Of a stretch of DNA of 64,000 nucleotides, positions 15,110 through 27,955 are shown in pieces; within the stretch, counting starts at the first letter, position 1; every line of letters starts with the position of its first letter. Source of the DNA: Nymphaea colorata (taxonomy: Eukaryota). The stretch is from assembly GCF_008831285.2 (NCBI RefSeq), contig NC_045138.2:4278001-4342000 (forward strand), written 5' to 3'. The position numbers were made by a program, and so were the translations under genes. The notes under the pieces were generated by a model, which was not told where the DNA came from, searched no databases, and saw only the letters and a list, made by a program, of their open reading frames with translations.

Positions 15110-15373
15110 GGTTGAGAAAGAGATAAACCAAATCCTAAAGATCGGCTTCTTCCTAAGGCAATGGATAATGTTCAATATCAAAACTGTAAGTGCTGTTATA
15201 TTAAGCAAGATCCTAAATTTATGAATCTGATTTGTAACCACCCTCCATTAAACAAAGAAAGCTCTCCCTCTCATCGTGTGTGTGAGAGTTAGAGAGAGCA
15301 TGTCTTCATTGTGGATGTAGGCCGGCACCAAGGGCTGAACCACATTAAAATCTGTTTCTCTTGTCTCTTTTCA
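15110..15373 (+). repeat. 3' LTR of the copia element
   Basis: Direct repeat of the 5' LTR, ends CA, followed by gataa (probable TSD). Confidence 0.92.
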
Positions 15374-15504
15374 GATAAAAGGAGAATGATTGAAAGTAGG
15401 AAGGATAAATGGATGACCACATATTATTATTACAAAGGCAGATCATGAATTAATGCAAAAGCCATTCAAATGGACAGTCATAACATGCTTGGTTTAGGAT
15501 ATTA

Positions 15505-15780
15505 AGCATTGGAGTATGAATATATAGAGAGTAGTTTATGTAGTCTGTGGAAGAATATAAGAAACCCAAGATTTTCGTTCTTTGGAAGAGACATGTTTCT
15601 TGTTCTCGTAGATAGTGAAGCAAAATTGTTAACTGTGCTCAAAAAAAGATATTGGAAACCAGGATGAAGTGTTCTTGTGGCTAGACGCTGGAGGCCAGGA
15701 GACTCTTTAAAAATTGAAGATAACTTTTGGGTTTCCATTTGGGTTAGGCTATCAGACTTGCCTCATCTTTTGTGGAGCAT
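15505..15780 (+). mobile_element. Fragment of plant L1 LINE ORF1 (DUF4283-like)
   Basis: Manual translation FSFFGRDMFLVLVDSEAKLLTVLKKRYWKPG*SVLVARRWRPG...SIWVRLSDLPHLLW matches the WxP...WVRLxxLPxxxW pattern of L1 ORF1. Confidence 0.75.
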
Positions 15781-15789
15781 ATGAAAGCA

Positions 15790-16160
15790 GTTGTTACTTC
15801 ATGTAAAACAAGCAAATCAGTTTGCAAATCGAACACATCTTAGATAAAGTCCTCATTTAATCCATCTTCATTAGGATGATTAGTAAAACTCTTAAAAGAA
15901 GCTGCATGTCCATATTGGCTAAAAACATCTGAAACAACCTCTTGCATGTTTTCAACTTCGGCATCATTGATACAATCAAGTGATTCTTTCATGGATTGGG
16001 TCCTCAAAGTGTTGCATTTCATGCAATGACACTTCATTCTTCCGTCTGCTATAGCAGTATTCGCACTAACAAAGTCTATTGAACCATGACAAAAATTCAA
16101 CACTATTTTCTCTCTTTGTAATCCAACTTCGATCTTTCAAATGTATTCTTCTTTGATCTA
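15790..16160 (-). mobile_element. CACTA transposase-associated domain fragment
   Basis: FCHGSIDFVSANT...RMKCHCMKCN resembles the GxxxFxxFA...CPCxxCxN N-terminal domain of En/Spm transposases. Confidence 0.6.
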
Positions 16161-16193
16161 TCGCTAATTTTGTTCAATAAATTAAGCCAGCAT

Positions 16194-16229
<36 letters not shown>

Positions 16230-18395
16230 CACTAAAATCATACAACCATCTATCCATCTGGATGTCACACCCAATGCATACATATAAGCATAAAAACAAC
16301 TTAACAAATAAACATTGAAACTTGAAATTAAGATCATTTATTACCAAAATCTTGGGAAAGCTTTTCAAAAGGTATTTAAAATTTCTGGAGAGCCACCTTG
16401 TCGCAAGCAAGAGAGGAACTGGTTTTAGTTTTAGTTTTGATGTTCATTGAGGACAATGAGCAAGGGAGGTGGGATCTAGGTAAAGTGAGCATTGGCGTGG
16501 TGGCTTTTATTGGATTAAATGGCCAGCGAACCTTTTCCAGTGGAGTGGGGCCATCTTTTCTCCATCTCCCCTACAACATGCTCTCCATTTAAAATGAAAA
16601 TTATTGGAAGGCCCCCAGTTTCTTGCCCTTGGATACATCTCCTCCCTCATATACTCCTTTAGAGTCTTTGGCTAGCTTGGTGCGCTGTGGGTTCAAGCTA
16701 GGCCAAGCTCACATACTTCCATAGTGCTTGACAAGCTCCCACTTGAATGCACTAAGATAAATGAGTGGATTAATGTGAGTTTAAGCGGTATCTCCCATGT
16801 TATCAAATGGTTAAGAACCAGGGCAACCAAAAAACTCAGTAGTCAGATCATATTGTACGCATCCTACCTTGTACAGCTGAAATTGTGCCTCTGGCAATGC
16901 AAAGGGTGTTTTTGTCATTTTAGGTCATAGGTCATTGTTGTCTATTAGAAAAATGCAAGGCATGTTCTCAACCTCGCTTTACTCCTGCCTTCCGGAGTAA
17001 CACTTGCACATATTTTCAGAAAAACAAATATGTCCATGGATCAGCTTGCATCAACCAACTTAAAGTAGGGACCCACATACCTGCAATAAGGCAAAGCCTG
17101 GCCACCATATGCCTCTGAAGAGGACCCAGAATGCCACACTCATTAACTCTAACATGGTTAGGTACGTATAGGTCCAGTCCATGTTAAAGTAAATGGATCT
17201 GGATGGACATATATCCACCAATGTTTGTGGGTAGAACCCATATCCAAACTCAAGCCAAGCTGCCAAGCCAAGGATCTAGTTTTAATGATGTCAAATTTTT
17301 TTAGTGGACCTGGATGGATATATCCAGCAATGTTTGTGGGTAGGACCCAAATCCAAACTCAAGCTCAAGCCAAGCTGATAAAGTCAAGGAGTTTTAACCG
17401 ATGTCAAATCTTCTGTTTCATCAGATTCCCTAACGAGGGAGTGCAGATAGACATGTGAAAATGTGCACTTATTAGGGGTGACTTGTAAACATCACTTAGT
17501 TGACATTGTCGCGAGATTATCTGGGTTCATAAAATTTTCTTTCTATAATACCGTACATTTATCATTTGCAGTTCAGAAGAATAGTGCTCATAAGAATCGA
17601 ATTGACCATGAAACTTCATCGGCCCCTCCATTCGTCGATTGCTAGATGCTTTGAGAGGACCAGAAGATTTATACAACGATGGTCGAGTACAGCATCGACA
17701 GTGCTCTTGGAGATTTGTGTCAATGCAAACACTGGACAGAGGGTTCGGGCGTACTACGACAAACTTAAGTAGTCAAATGGAGGGCGTCGGATAGCCTGGA
17801 CAAGCAACTTTGGTGCCCGGTCCAGACCTGTTAATTTAGCTGAGGAAATTGATCCCCACGCTCACCACTTGACCCATTTGCTCCATTACGACACATGAAC
17901 AAGATTGTCATCGCCACGACATGCAAGGTGGCCACTTGCAGTGTGAAGTTGATCGGACGCTCTTCTTCCCTTAAAGTTTTTGGGATCACCATTTTGTTAA
18001 GGGTATTTTTGTCATTTATTTTTTGCACTTTTACCACTTTGTCCTTTTGGGGAGATTTCTCATGCTTAATATCTATGATCTTTGCCCAAGCCACGGTCTG
18101 ATTTTTCATATTATCTAATTAGTAGGAGGAAGATTTTGATGTAATACCTTCAAATTTTCTTATTTAAGTTACATAGAAATTAATTGGCGGTATTATAACT
18201 TGTATAAGAAAAGAGCGAAAAAAAAGAAGGGCAGACGTATTTCGTTTAAAAGCATGGGAATCCGGCCAACTTACACATAGAAACTTAGCCCACATAATAA
18301 TTTTTTTGGTTATGTTAAGGGCATGAATGTCATTTGTGAGAAAAAAGGAAGGGCAGTAATGAAATGAAGCCTTCTGTTCTGTTCTGTATAAGCGC

Positions 18396-18404
18396 TTTAT
18401 ATAT
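18396..18404 (+). promoter_or_regulatory. Candidate TATA box of GA20ox
   Basis: ttatatat ~35 bp upstream of the ATG, followed by a CA-rich leader and aaacATGGC start context. Confidence 0.45.
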
Positions 18405-18433
18405 CTCACTCCCACGCCAAGGACAACACAAAC

Positions 18434-18870
18434 ATGGCTCCAATTTCTCATGCAAAACTGCCAGAAGCCTTCGTGTGGCCAGAAAGAGAACGGCCGGCCT
18501 TCGCGGCCGGCCAGCCTCTCAACGAGCCGGTGATTGACCTTGCCGGCTTCCTCGCCGGTGATGAGGCTTCGACTCAGCTTGCTGCCGAGCTAGTCTGCTC
18601 GGCTTGCCGGAAACACGGCTTCTTCCAGGTGATCAACCATGGAGTGGATGCAGAACTCACATCTGCCGCTCTTCATCACATGGATGAGTTCTTCAGGCAG
18701 CCGCAGCACGAGAAGAAGAGAGTGAGGGGCTTCTCCGATGGTCATTCCCACCGTTTTGCTTCCAAATTGCCCTGGAAGGAGACGCTCTCCTTCCCCTTCC
18801 ATGCCTCTGATCCTATGCTTGTGCTGGACCACTTCCAAGCCACCATGGGCCAACATTCTTTCTCATCAGG
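18434..18870 (+). CDS. GA20ox: Gibberellin 20-oxidase, exon 1 of 3
   Basis: DIOX_N motifs (PVIDL, ACRKHGFFQVINHGV) and the GA20ox signature RFASKLPWKETLSF; GG|gtaagc phase-2 donor. Confidence 0.95.
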
Positions 18871-19203
18871 GTAAGCATATATACGTGCACTACGAAACCA
18901 TATATATATATAGTCAATACACTGAAGAAGGAGCTCAGGAGTTGGGTATGTGCTACTTCTTTTTTTTCTCTTTCCTGATATGTAAGGAAAGGGGAGGGGG
19001 GGGGGGGGGGGGCGGGGCTAACAAAGGAAGAGTTTATTGTGTACAGGAAGTGATGATCTGGTGACCGATCTTCTTTCTTGGTAGTTTTATTTCTGAATAT
19101 ATTGGGTCCAGATATATACATATAGGTGCACAAAGATACTAATTGAGGTGTGTTGGATATAGAATCTCTGTTTATTTCAAGAACTCTGCTGGTTTTGGGG
19201 CAG

Positions 19204-19525
19204 GGTGGTATTCAAGGAGTACTGTGAATCGATGACAGAGCTATCAATGAAGGTATCAGAGCTGCTGGCCATCAGTTTAGGACTGGAGAGGATGAGTTTC
19301 AGAAGGTTCTTCGAAGACAGTTCGTCAATAATGAGATGCAATTATTACCCTGCCTGTGAGAAGCCGGAGCTCACTCTGGGGACAGGGCCCCATTGTGATC
19401 CAACCTCCCTCACCATTCTTCACCAAGACCATGTTGGAGGGCTCGAGGTCTTTGCTGATGGGAAATGGCATCTGGTCTCCCCTACAACTGGTGCTCTGGT
19501 CGTCAACATTGGTGATACTTTCATG
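19204..19525 (+). CDS. GA20ox: Gibberellin 20-oxidase, exon 2 of 3 (322 bp)
   Basis: cag| acceptor and ATG|gtac donor; SIMRCNYYPACEKP, GTGPHCDPTSLTILHQD (HxD), VNIGDTFM; frame continuous with exons 1 and 3. Confidence 0.96.
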
Positions 19526-19761
19526 GTACATGTCTCCTGACCTTCCCTGTTATTAATATTATGTCAAAGAAACAGCAAAAAGATACAGAAGGAACTAAAC
19601 CTCTTTCCTTGCAAATTAGAATTTTATAAGGCCGGATATAAAATATATGTGTGACTATAGAGAGGTGTCAAAGTGATCTAACTCGGAATATACTCTACTA
19701 AACTATTACCAATATAAAATCGATACGTATAAAGCAAAAATTTTGATAGCATGCAGGCTGG

Positions 19762-19888
19762 TTATATGCACCGTTTGGTGTACAAAAAAATGTGCACCGG
19801 ATGGTATAATGACCAAATACCTTTAATCAGTATAAAGGGGAGCCCTCCTTATAAGGATAAAAAGGGCAGTGAAAAAGTTAAAAATCTA

Positions 19889-19947
<59 letters not shown>

Positions 19948-20025
19948 AATCCTCAAAATACCCAAATTTCCCCCTTCCTTTTCTTGGTGCATATTTATTG
20001 TGTGCATCACAGTGGAGCAATAAAC
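19762..20025. mobile_element. Foldback MITE with central (AT)n in GA20ox intron 2
   Basis: Ends tgcaccgtttggtgtacaaaaaaatgtgcacc / ggtgcatatttattgtgtgcatcacagtggagca are inverted repeats; related pieces at ~16840-17010, ~32860-33030 and ~53185-53360. Confidence 0.6.
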
Positions 20026-20726
20026 TCACTGATATGCAGACAACCGAAAAAGTATCCTGACTATATACTTAGTAATTACAGTTCTGCGGCTAATCCCATG
20101 CATATTATATGAACGCCTGGTGGAACAATTCGATAAGACATCATAAATAATTGTTCTTTGTATTACCCATGATCTGCCGGGACAATTATAAACAAAGCGA
20201 GATCCTTGGTATATTATGTTCCATACTGAGATATTCTAATGAGACCAACAAGTTGATTCGAGGTCCCTCCATGAATGCCTTGGCCTAAAAAACATTATAT
20301 TTCTCGATGAAGTCAGCTGATTATGAAAAATTGTATCCGTTCATTAAAAAAAAAAGGTAGAAAGAATGTGTCAAGCACTTAAGCTAGTTGGCTCATGTCA
20401 CAAGCACCTCTCTCTCTCTCTCTCGCTCTAGAGATCTCATATCCTGATCTCTTTTACATGAAAATTGAAGTTTCTATCTGGAATACCAATTTTTTTTTCT
20501 GTGAGAAAAAAAACTTTGGAATTTTTAACACTTTTACGATTTTGTGCATAAAAGGGAGGTGGGGAAGCTTGTTTTGTCATGCTTTTTCAATTCACTCCGG
20601 GGACACAGTCCGACTGAATGTGACTTGTGCTAACGTGTGGCTAGCTTTTTAGCATATAGGACAAGATATGTATATATAATAAGGTTTAACATAAAAGTTG
20701 GTTTGAATTAAATATACTTTTGACAG

Positions 20727-20984
20727 GCATTGACGAATGGGAAGTACAAGAGTTGCCTGCACCGGGCGGTGGTGAAGAAGGAGAGCGAGAGAAGGTCGCT
20801 GGCGTTCTTCCTCTGCCCCAGCAAGGAGAAGACGGTGAGGCCGCCGGAGGAGCTGGTGCGCAGGGACGGCCGGAGGAGGGCATTCCCGGACTTCACCTGG
20901 GCAGCTCTCTTTGACTTCACCCAGAAGCACTACAGAGCGGACATGAACACCCTCGACGCCTTCAGCTCATGGATCCTTAATTAA
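20727..20984 (+). CDS. GA20ox: Gibberellin 20-oxidase, exon 3 of 3
   Basis: gacag| acceptor; ALTNGKYKSCLHRAVV (distal His), RRSLAFFLCP (RxS), PDFTW, FTQKHYRADM; TAA stop. Joined CDS is 1017 nt, 338 aa. Confidence 0.96.
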   Translation, partial: ALTNGKYKSCLHRAVVKKESERRSLAFFLCPSKEKTVRPPEELVRRDGRRRAFPDFTWAALFDFTQKHYRADMNTLDAFSSWILN

Positions 20985-21286
20985 CTCCTGCTTCCGCCAG
21001 CAAATATATTTCATTTTAATTCCATATTTCACCTTAATATGATGTTGTATATCTATATTGAAATGATCAAATTTCCCTTCAGTGGTCATTAGAGAAACTC
21101 CATCCCCTTCTCTCACTCTCTCTCCAACTTGTTTCATAGGTCGGTCAACTGAGATCTAGTAAAAGCCTAATGGTGTAAAATGGTCACGGATATGATCTAC
21201 ATGATTGATTTTCTGAAGAAATACTTGATCTTATATCATGTTTCTTATTAGCCAAAATTCTGAAAATATGAATCTTTTATGAGGTT

Positions 21287-21361
<75 letters not shown>

Positions 21362-24300
21362 AATGAATAATGTAAGCAAAGTAGATGTCAGAAATTCAAA
21401 ACTGGAATTATGTTTGTACTGTTGTAAAAGACACTATAACTTTTGTACAGTCCTTTACATATATAGGCTTTCAATATTATGTCCCAACTATATCTTTGGG
21501 TAGTTGATTATTGTCGTGCCCCCACAAAAAGTCTAATGTTGTCAGCTAGATATCGAGAGGGCCCATTGCATACAGTAATCTTCAGGAAAAAGTCCATTCA
21601 ATAATATCTTGAAAACAGAAAAAACTGGCACTATCGAGTCGGATAATTAATGCATAGAATAGCAGTGCTAGCTGCTACTGCAACGTAAGGCGCCTCTAAC
21701 AAAAATGGCACATAATCTTGAACAGTTTAGAGATGTGAAATGTTTCAAAAAGGAAAACAAAAGAGACTGATGAAGATGCTACTCAAAATTTTTGTGGTAA
21801 AATTCCGGCCTCCGTCCTAGAGCCGGCATCCTGATATTGGCCCGGCCTCTTCTCTCTCTCTTCCTGAAATGAAAGCTAGAACTTGAGAGCATATCATCCA
21901 TGCCTACCGGGAAGTCTCCTAATTACTTTGGTTTAAAGGCAAGAATACTGTTTTAGTTGTCCTAATCGAGGCCTAGCTTCTACAATGAAAAGGCCTCAGT
22001 TCCAAACTATATCTCACAGATCTGCAATTGTGTAGATGACGATATTTTGTAGCTTAAGATGTCAAATGGTTTACAAAATCCAAGTCCATTCCCCACCTTT
22101 TTGTCTGCCCTTTCTTCTGCCTGATCTCTGGCCTGTCCTTTCCTCCTCCTTCGCAGATAGTCCCTTTTTCTCCCCAGCCGCGGAGCCACATGTGGGCATG
22201 TGTGGACAGTTGCCCACACTGTCCCACAACTTTCATACATTTTTACATTAGTGCATGCTCTCCAATAATTTGTTAATTCGTATACTAGTAACTCTTAATC
22301 ATTTTATGGCATCTAAGAGTTTTTGAAATGAGTACCGTTTAACTAAATCTCTCTGGCTCCTTCCCACGCTTCTCCCATTAGCTACTTCTCTCTGCTTACC
22401 CTTTGGCTTTTTGCTTAGTGCTCTTGGCTATTAGCTTTTGTTGGCAGATTTGAGAAGAGTGCAATAACGCGTTTCTGCTCTTTCCATCTTTTTGCTACTT
22501 GCTCAAGAGCGACATCAACTTGGCTCTTTGAATTGGTTGGTCGCTGTCTAGTTCTCTCTCTGTCTCTCCATCCCCTCTCTCTCTTACTTTTCTGTATATC
22601 TTTTTCCTGTAGCTCTGTCTGTACTTCGAGACAGCTTGTCACCCTTTTCTTAATTAATTTCTATTTTGTCGGCAAATGGTGTCCGATTTTAGTTATTGGA
22701 GCAAGACATACAGGCTTCTTCCATAAGCCTCCGAAAGTTGTTTCATATTGTTGTTTCTTAATTACACTACTCATCTTGACAGTCGTGATCCTTTGATCCC
22801 CACATCCCATTTTTCTTTTGAAAATGAAGCACACAAAGAACTTGCTTATGTGCTTCCATGTATAGATTGCACAAAGGACATGACAAAATTGTCTTATCAT
22901 TGCGTTATCAATGGATCAATATCTTAAGGATGAGTTAGCACTGCCATGGGAAATGTATTTTGTTGATGAGAATCAAGGTTGGGAATGCTTTTAGTGATTG
23001 TCTCAGGTGAATGGAAAATAAAAACAAAAGATGTAAGGACTAAAATATTTAGATGCTCAATAAGATCAAGACAATGCAGGTGAGCAAATTAAAGCTGATC
23101 TTGGCCAAAAAGATTTTTTAAACTAGAAAAGCAAATTGCCCTTTTCTTTATTTTATTCTTTTCTTGTTTTTATTCTGATGTAAGCATGAAGGCACATGGA
23201 AAGATCGAAGCATGATTCATACAAACAGACAACAGCATGTGCGTTGTAGCAAATCATTCAAGAATGGTAGAGATGTTAGCGTTTGCACGTGCCCACTTGA
23301 AATCATTAATGCATCTATGAGGTCCATTCTGTGGTTGGGTATTTCAGGGAAGTTGCTTCTTCTACTTTGCTTGCTTGCTCCTGAGAAATCATAGTCAGTA
23401 TTTAATACTATTACAAACCAAAATCAAATGGCCGGGCTCATGGACCATGACGAGTTCGAGCCCACAATGCCCATTTAATTGAAACAATACACAAGCATGA
23501 ATTCATTGCGCCGCGGTGGCATGAGGAGATCTCTTTTGATCTACACTGACTTGTAAGTTCTAGGTGAGTAGGAAAAGTACGTATTTCATCACACCGCACA
23601 GCTGAGAGCAGAAGCCTCCACCCATTCTCCCATCCCTACACTGATTTGTAAGTTAATATCATCAAGTTAATATTGATCCATGAAATCTTGTCTCTAGACA
23701 AACACAGCATTTGTGGAAGTTGATCAGCATAGTGTCCAAATTAGGAACAAAATTCTAGTGGCAGCCTATTTGAGGATGCTATGATGCCATATGATCAGAA
23801 ACCTGGTAATTTTAGCATCAAAACGAGTTCAGAGTAGTTTATGCATGTCGCGTATGAATGTCGAAGCCTGATGAGCTAAAAAAATACTTCCTGCTAAATA
23901 CTATGCCAGGAAACTACATGTACTAACCATGTATTAATGTCGAAGCTTGACAAGTTGAAACTTATAAATGGAGCCTGATCAAAAGTTAAAAATATACTTA
24001 TTTAGTAAAGACAATAGTACAGAATCCCAATGTATTATCCATTAGCTTTGGATCTTGATAAGGTAAAATGTGTTTCTTATGTGTCAATGCCAAACTGTAT
24101 ATCATAAGTTAAGATGTATTGCTTACTAAGTACATGCTAAAAACCAAATGTGTTACCTGCGGTAATGTAGCTAGGTGTATGTGGGCTTGTGGGGAGTTGC
24201 CCACATAGACGCACATATTTATCTTATTTACATATTAATCTTCATATTTTATATTTTTACATGTTGATGCACCTTGAACTTAAGATTATTTATATTAGTG

Positions 24301-25965
24301 CCTCTCAGCTGCAAGTTTCTGGCTCTGCCATTGTTGCCCCAAGATGTCGATACAGTGTAGTAGACCTTGACTGTTTGATTTGCTGTCACAGCCCATGGGT
24401 ATCAGTCTTAGTGCCGGTCCCAAAGGACTCATCAGACTCCTAAGTGGCAAAGTCTCTCCCCACTTGTATGCCGATTTCCAGATGAGCAGAAGGTTAACAA
24501 TCTACCGCCTAAAAAAGAGACTTAAAAGACCTCCATTCCCCTCCACCTATATCATATCTATGGTCTTGGCTACATGGGTATCAACAATGGTAGAAATGCA
24601 CCCTTTAACTTAGGTGCAGCCCTCAACTACTTAAAACAAAGAGGTATAGTCTCAGTGTAATGAGCAAGGGTACATACACAAGTATATGGACTTAAACTAT
24701 TATAAATGAATAGTGCTTGAACAGTCACCATTTGTTTCTTTTTTATGGACTATTTTCGCCGGAGAATATTCTCCAACCTTCCTAGCTGAGCAAAATTTCA
24801 AATTCAAATTGAAATTTTTGGTCCCCATTAATCATTAGTCTAACTAATTGAGAATTTTGGACCACCTAATCAAGTAGGGGATAGATGTTGCATCTTTTCA
24901 TGAGTCATTTTCTCCACCATGATTGGTAATTAAATAAAAATAAAGACACAATTATATATCCATGTATTTTCAGCAAGCTGCATATGAAGCCAGACAACTT
25001 TAGTTTTTAATTAGGACAAGGCAGATCATTGGGCCATCCTGAATCCCATAACCCATTGGTTCGGGCCCAGGCCATCTGGGTCCAAATGATACTGGACAGA
25101 CCACGGGCTGGCTCCAATCCATTTGCAGTCCAAGTTGATCCTGGTCAAACACAAGTGAGAGACCCAGTTATTGATGATCAATTTGTCTGCTCCATGTACA
25201 GCCCAAATTGTGGTCGTGAAGAACCAAGTGGATCTCTACTTTCTGAAAATAATTGAATTTGGATGTATTACTGCCCATTGTTTTTGTCCTCTACTGCTCA
25301 TTATTTATTGTTCATAATGGCGACAAACCAACCAGGAACAAGTGCTTCTATTTTGTTTTTTAGCTGGATGGGATATTGATTTTTCGCAGACTGTTCTAAG
25401 AGACACACAGATCTGAACTCTTGATTCCCTCTAGCTTGCAGAATGTTTACTCCGCAACAACCTGACCAATCAAGCACAAGTTCTTTCCCCACTTTGTAGT
25501 GCAAAGCCATGTCAATTGGAGATCTCTCATATATATAGTGCTAATCAGGGCCGATGATGGGGTCAACATTTAAGAAATAAAAAGTTTGGACCATCCAGAT
25601 ATCTGGATGATCAACATAAGCATTCTTCCCACAAAAATGTGGTTCATGTCTATTAATTGGTGCAGCATTACCTGACCAGAGGGTTGCAGCTGATCGGTTG
25701 AGCTCATTCAATTAGCTAGTTTTAAATTTCAAACTAAATTTGGACCTGCACTACTTCTTTCTTTCTCTCTCTCATATGGAATGGTATATACATTTAAACT
25801 TGGATGGAGAAGAAAGCTGGTTTATTTTCTATTTTATCTGTTTTAAATGTAAAATTGTGTATTGTAAGTTCCTGGCCTACGAAGGGCTTAATTTTCACAC
25901 TTTGATTAGGTGGGTCGGATTAAAACCTTCAAGTAGGAAGAGGTTTGCTTTTAATGACTGGACGC

Positions 25966-26000
<35 letters not shown>

Positions 26001-26464
26001 ACACACACACACACACACACGGCTGTTTGTGTGTGTGTGATTAAGTACACCACTTAATGCAATGCATCAGACTACGTATTGTAAGAGGCTGAAGGATTAA
26101 TTCTCCAAGTAAACCCAGCCTAAGAATTCCACAAATCTCTCTCTCTCACACACACATATATATACAGTAATTGCTAAATACCAGACTACTATAATATCTT
26201 AATTTTGTATTAAAAAATATTGTAAACAAAATGTGAATATCCTAGAGTGTTCATACAAAACATGTTCTAATTGAATATTTTTTTTAAAAATTTTATTTTC
26301 GGTTATGAACACATTTTGATGATCTAAGGGTGATTGATTTTTTTATTATAATATACGTTTCTCATTGAATCGCTCTTAGGATCATATCCATGAGATTAGA
26401 TTGCATAAAAAACACGTTAGTAATTATTTGGTAGGTCTGGTTTTTGTCTAGTATTTACCTTTAC

Positions 26465-26578
<114 letters not shown>

Positions 26579-27081
26579 GAGAGTATGTATGTATCTAGGG
26601 AAAGAGATCCAGACATTTATGTTGTAGATGTTAGTCATGAGTACGCAGTGCTGCTTTAGTTGTCTCTACGGTGTTGTTGCAACTCTCCCTGACGTGACAT
26701 TTTCAATGGTGAGCTTATTCATAAAAAAGGAAATGTTAAGATGGATGATCTGCCTAAGTGAAGCTGCAGGCTAACTATGCAGCCATATGGATAAATAACC
26801 TGTAATTTTACATGTATTCTATTTCTTTTTCCTTAATCTAGCCTTCTAACGCAATCTTATAAGCGGTTAAATATGTTGACCACTTCATGCTTTGATGTTT
26901 TTTGTAAATTATTAATAAAAAAAATCACATATATGATACCACAAATTGATGGTCAATGATCAAGTTTTATAGAATTATTTTAATTTAAGGCATGATTCAT
27001 ATTGGACAAGCAACAAATTTGAAAAATCTAGCCGTTTAGTTAACTCCCAAACATGACAAAATTATTATTTTTGATTATATA

Positions 27082-27196
<115 letters not shown>

Positions 27197-27304
27197 ATAT
27201 ATATATATTTATATATATATATATGTATATATATATTGCATCCGTTTAATATTCTTCTTATGAAGTGAATGATAATGGAAGGAAAAAAGGAAGTATTGGC
27301 ATTA

Positions 27305-27532
27305 CCCACTTGGTTGTAGCACACTGAGCAGTAAGACAGTCAATCTTAAAAGGGATCAAATCCTATGGTCGCTGTTACGACTCAATGTGTTCCTTCTCCT
27401 TCTCTAGATCGTAATAAGTTTCCAAGCAAACTTTAGAAACTTGAAGATGATAGACATTAGGAGGAGGCAGTTGCCTCTTTTCGAGCAGTGGAATGAGCCA
27501 CTCACCTTAAAATAGTTAGAAATGAAAAAAAA
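27305..27532 (+). mobile_element. tRNA-derived SINE (degenerate)
   Basis: ggttgtagcacactg head, gatcaaatcc B-box-like motif, body ggaggcagttgcctct shared with the 27737 copy, A-rich end. Confidence 0.55.
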
Positions 27533-27736
27533 TGTGGGTTTAAAATTAACCCTTGAGCAAATTAACAAAAGGACTGATTTCATGCGTTCCAACTGAGAAG
27601 CCTCCTTTGAGATATCATATTATATCAAAGAGGATTGTTAGGAGTTTAAGATATCTCACTTTGCTCGATCTGATCCAATTCTTATACGGCTAACGCATGA
27701 GTACTGCTATGAAATATCGAACTTGTGCAGTGTACA

Positions 27737-27955
27737 CTTTTTTTTTTTTCCTTTATTTTTGGGTAAGTAGTCCATTTGCACCACCCCGAAGAGACGCAAC
27801 TGCCTCCCCCATGTGCCCATCATCTCCAAAGCTCATACAGCTTGCATCAACTCCTATTACAGTCCAAAAGAAGACAACAACCATGAGATTTGAACCTCAG
27901 ACTCCTTTAAAGTGGACCACCTTACCACCCAATAAACTACAACCCCTTGGGGTCT
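27737..27955 (-). mobile_element. tRNA-derived SINE with poly(A) tail and TSD
   Basis: Minus strand: tgtagtttattgg (A box), ggttcaaatc (B box), A-tail; direct repeat agtgtaca at 27729-27736 and 27956-27963; absent at the paralogous site (~5946). Confidence 0.8.

Larger units (their letters stand above)
10636..15373 (+). mobile_element. Full-length but decayed Ty1/copia LTR retrotransposon
   Basis: Paired ~250-bp LTRs; PBS TGGTATCAGAGC (10889-10900); gag remnant, protease WYPDTGASHH, GAG-pre-integrase LWHERLGH, integrase [21 protein letters not shown] / LKKSPYGLKQ, RNase H remnant, in copia domain order; many stops and frameshifts; purine tract before the 3' LTR. Confidence 0.96.

Noticed and set aside
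18590..20930. Antisense and alternative-frame ORFs over the GA20ox exons
   Set aside because: Shadow ORFs of GC-rich coding exons with no recognisable motifs.
8669..25501. Giant CACTA element carrying GA20ox (CACTACAAAG at 8669, CTTTGTAGTG at 25492-25501)
   Set aside because: Only a 10-bp match, flanks differ (gaa/caa), no subterminal repeats at the right end, and both ends fall inside collinear duplicated host sequence; likely chance.
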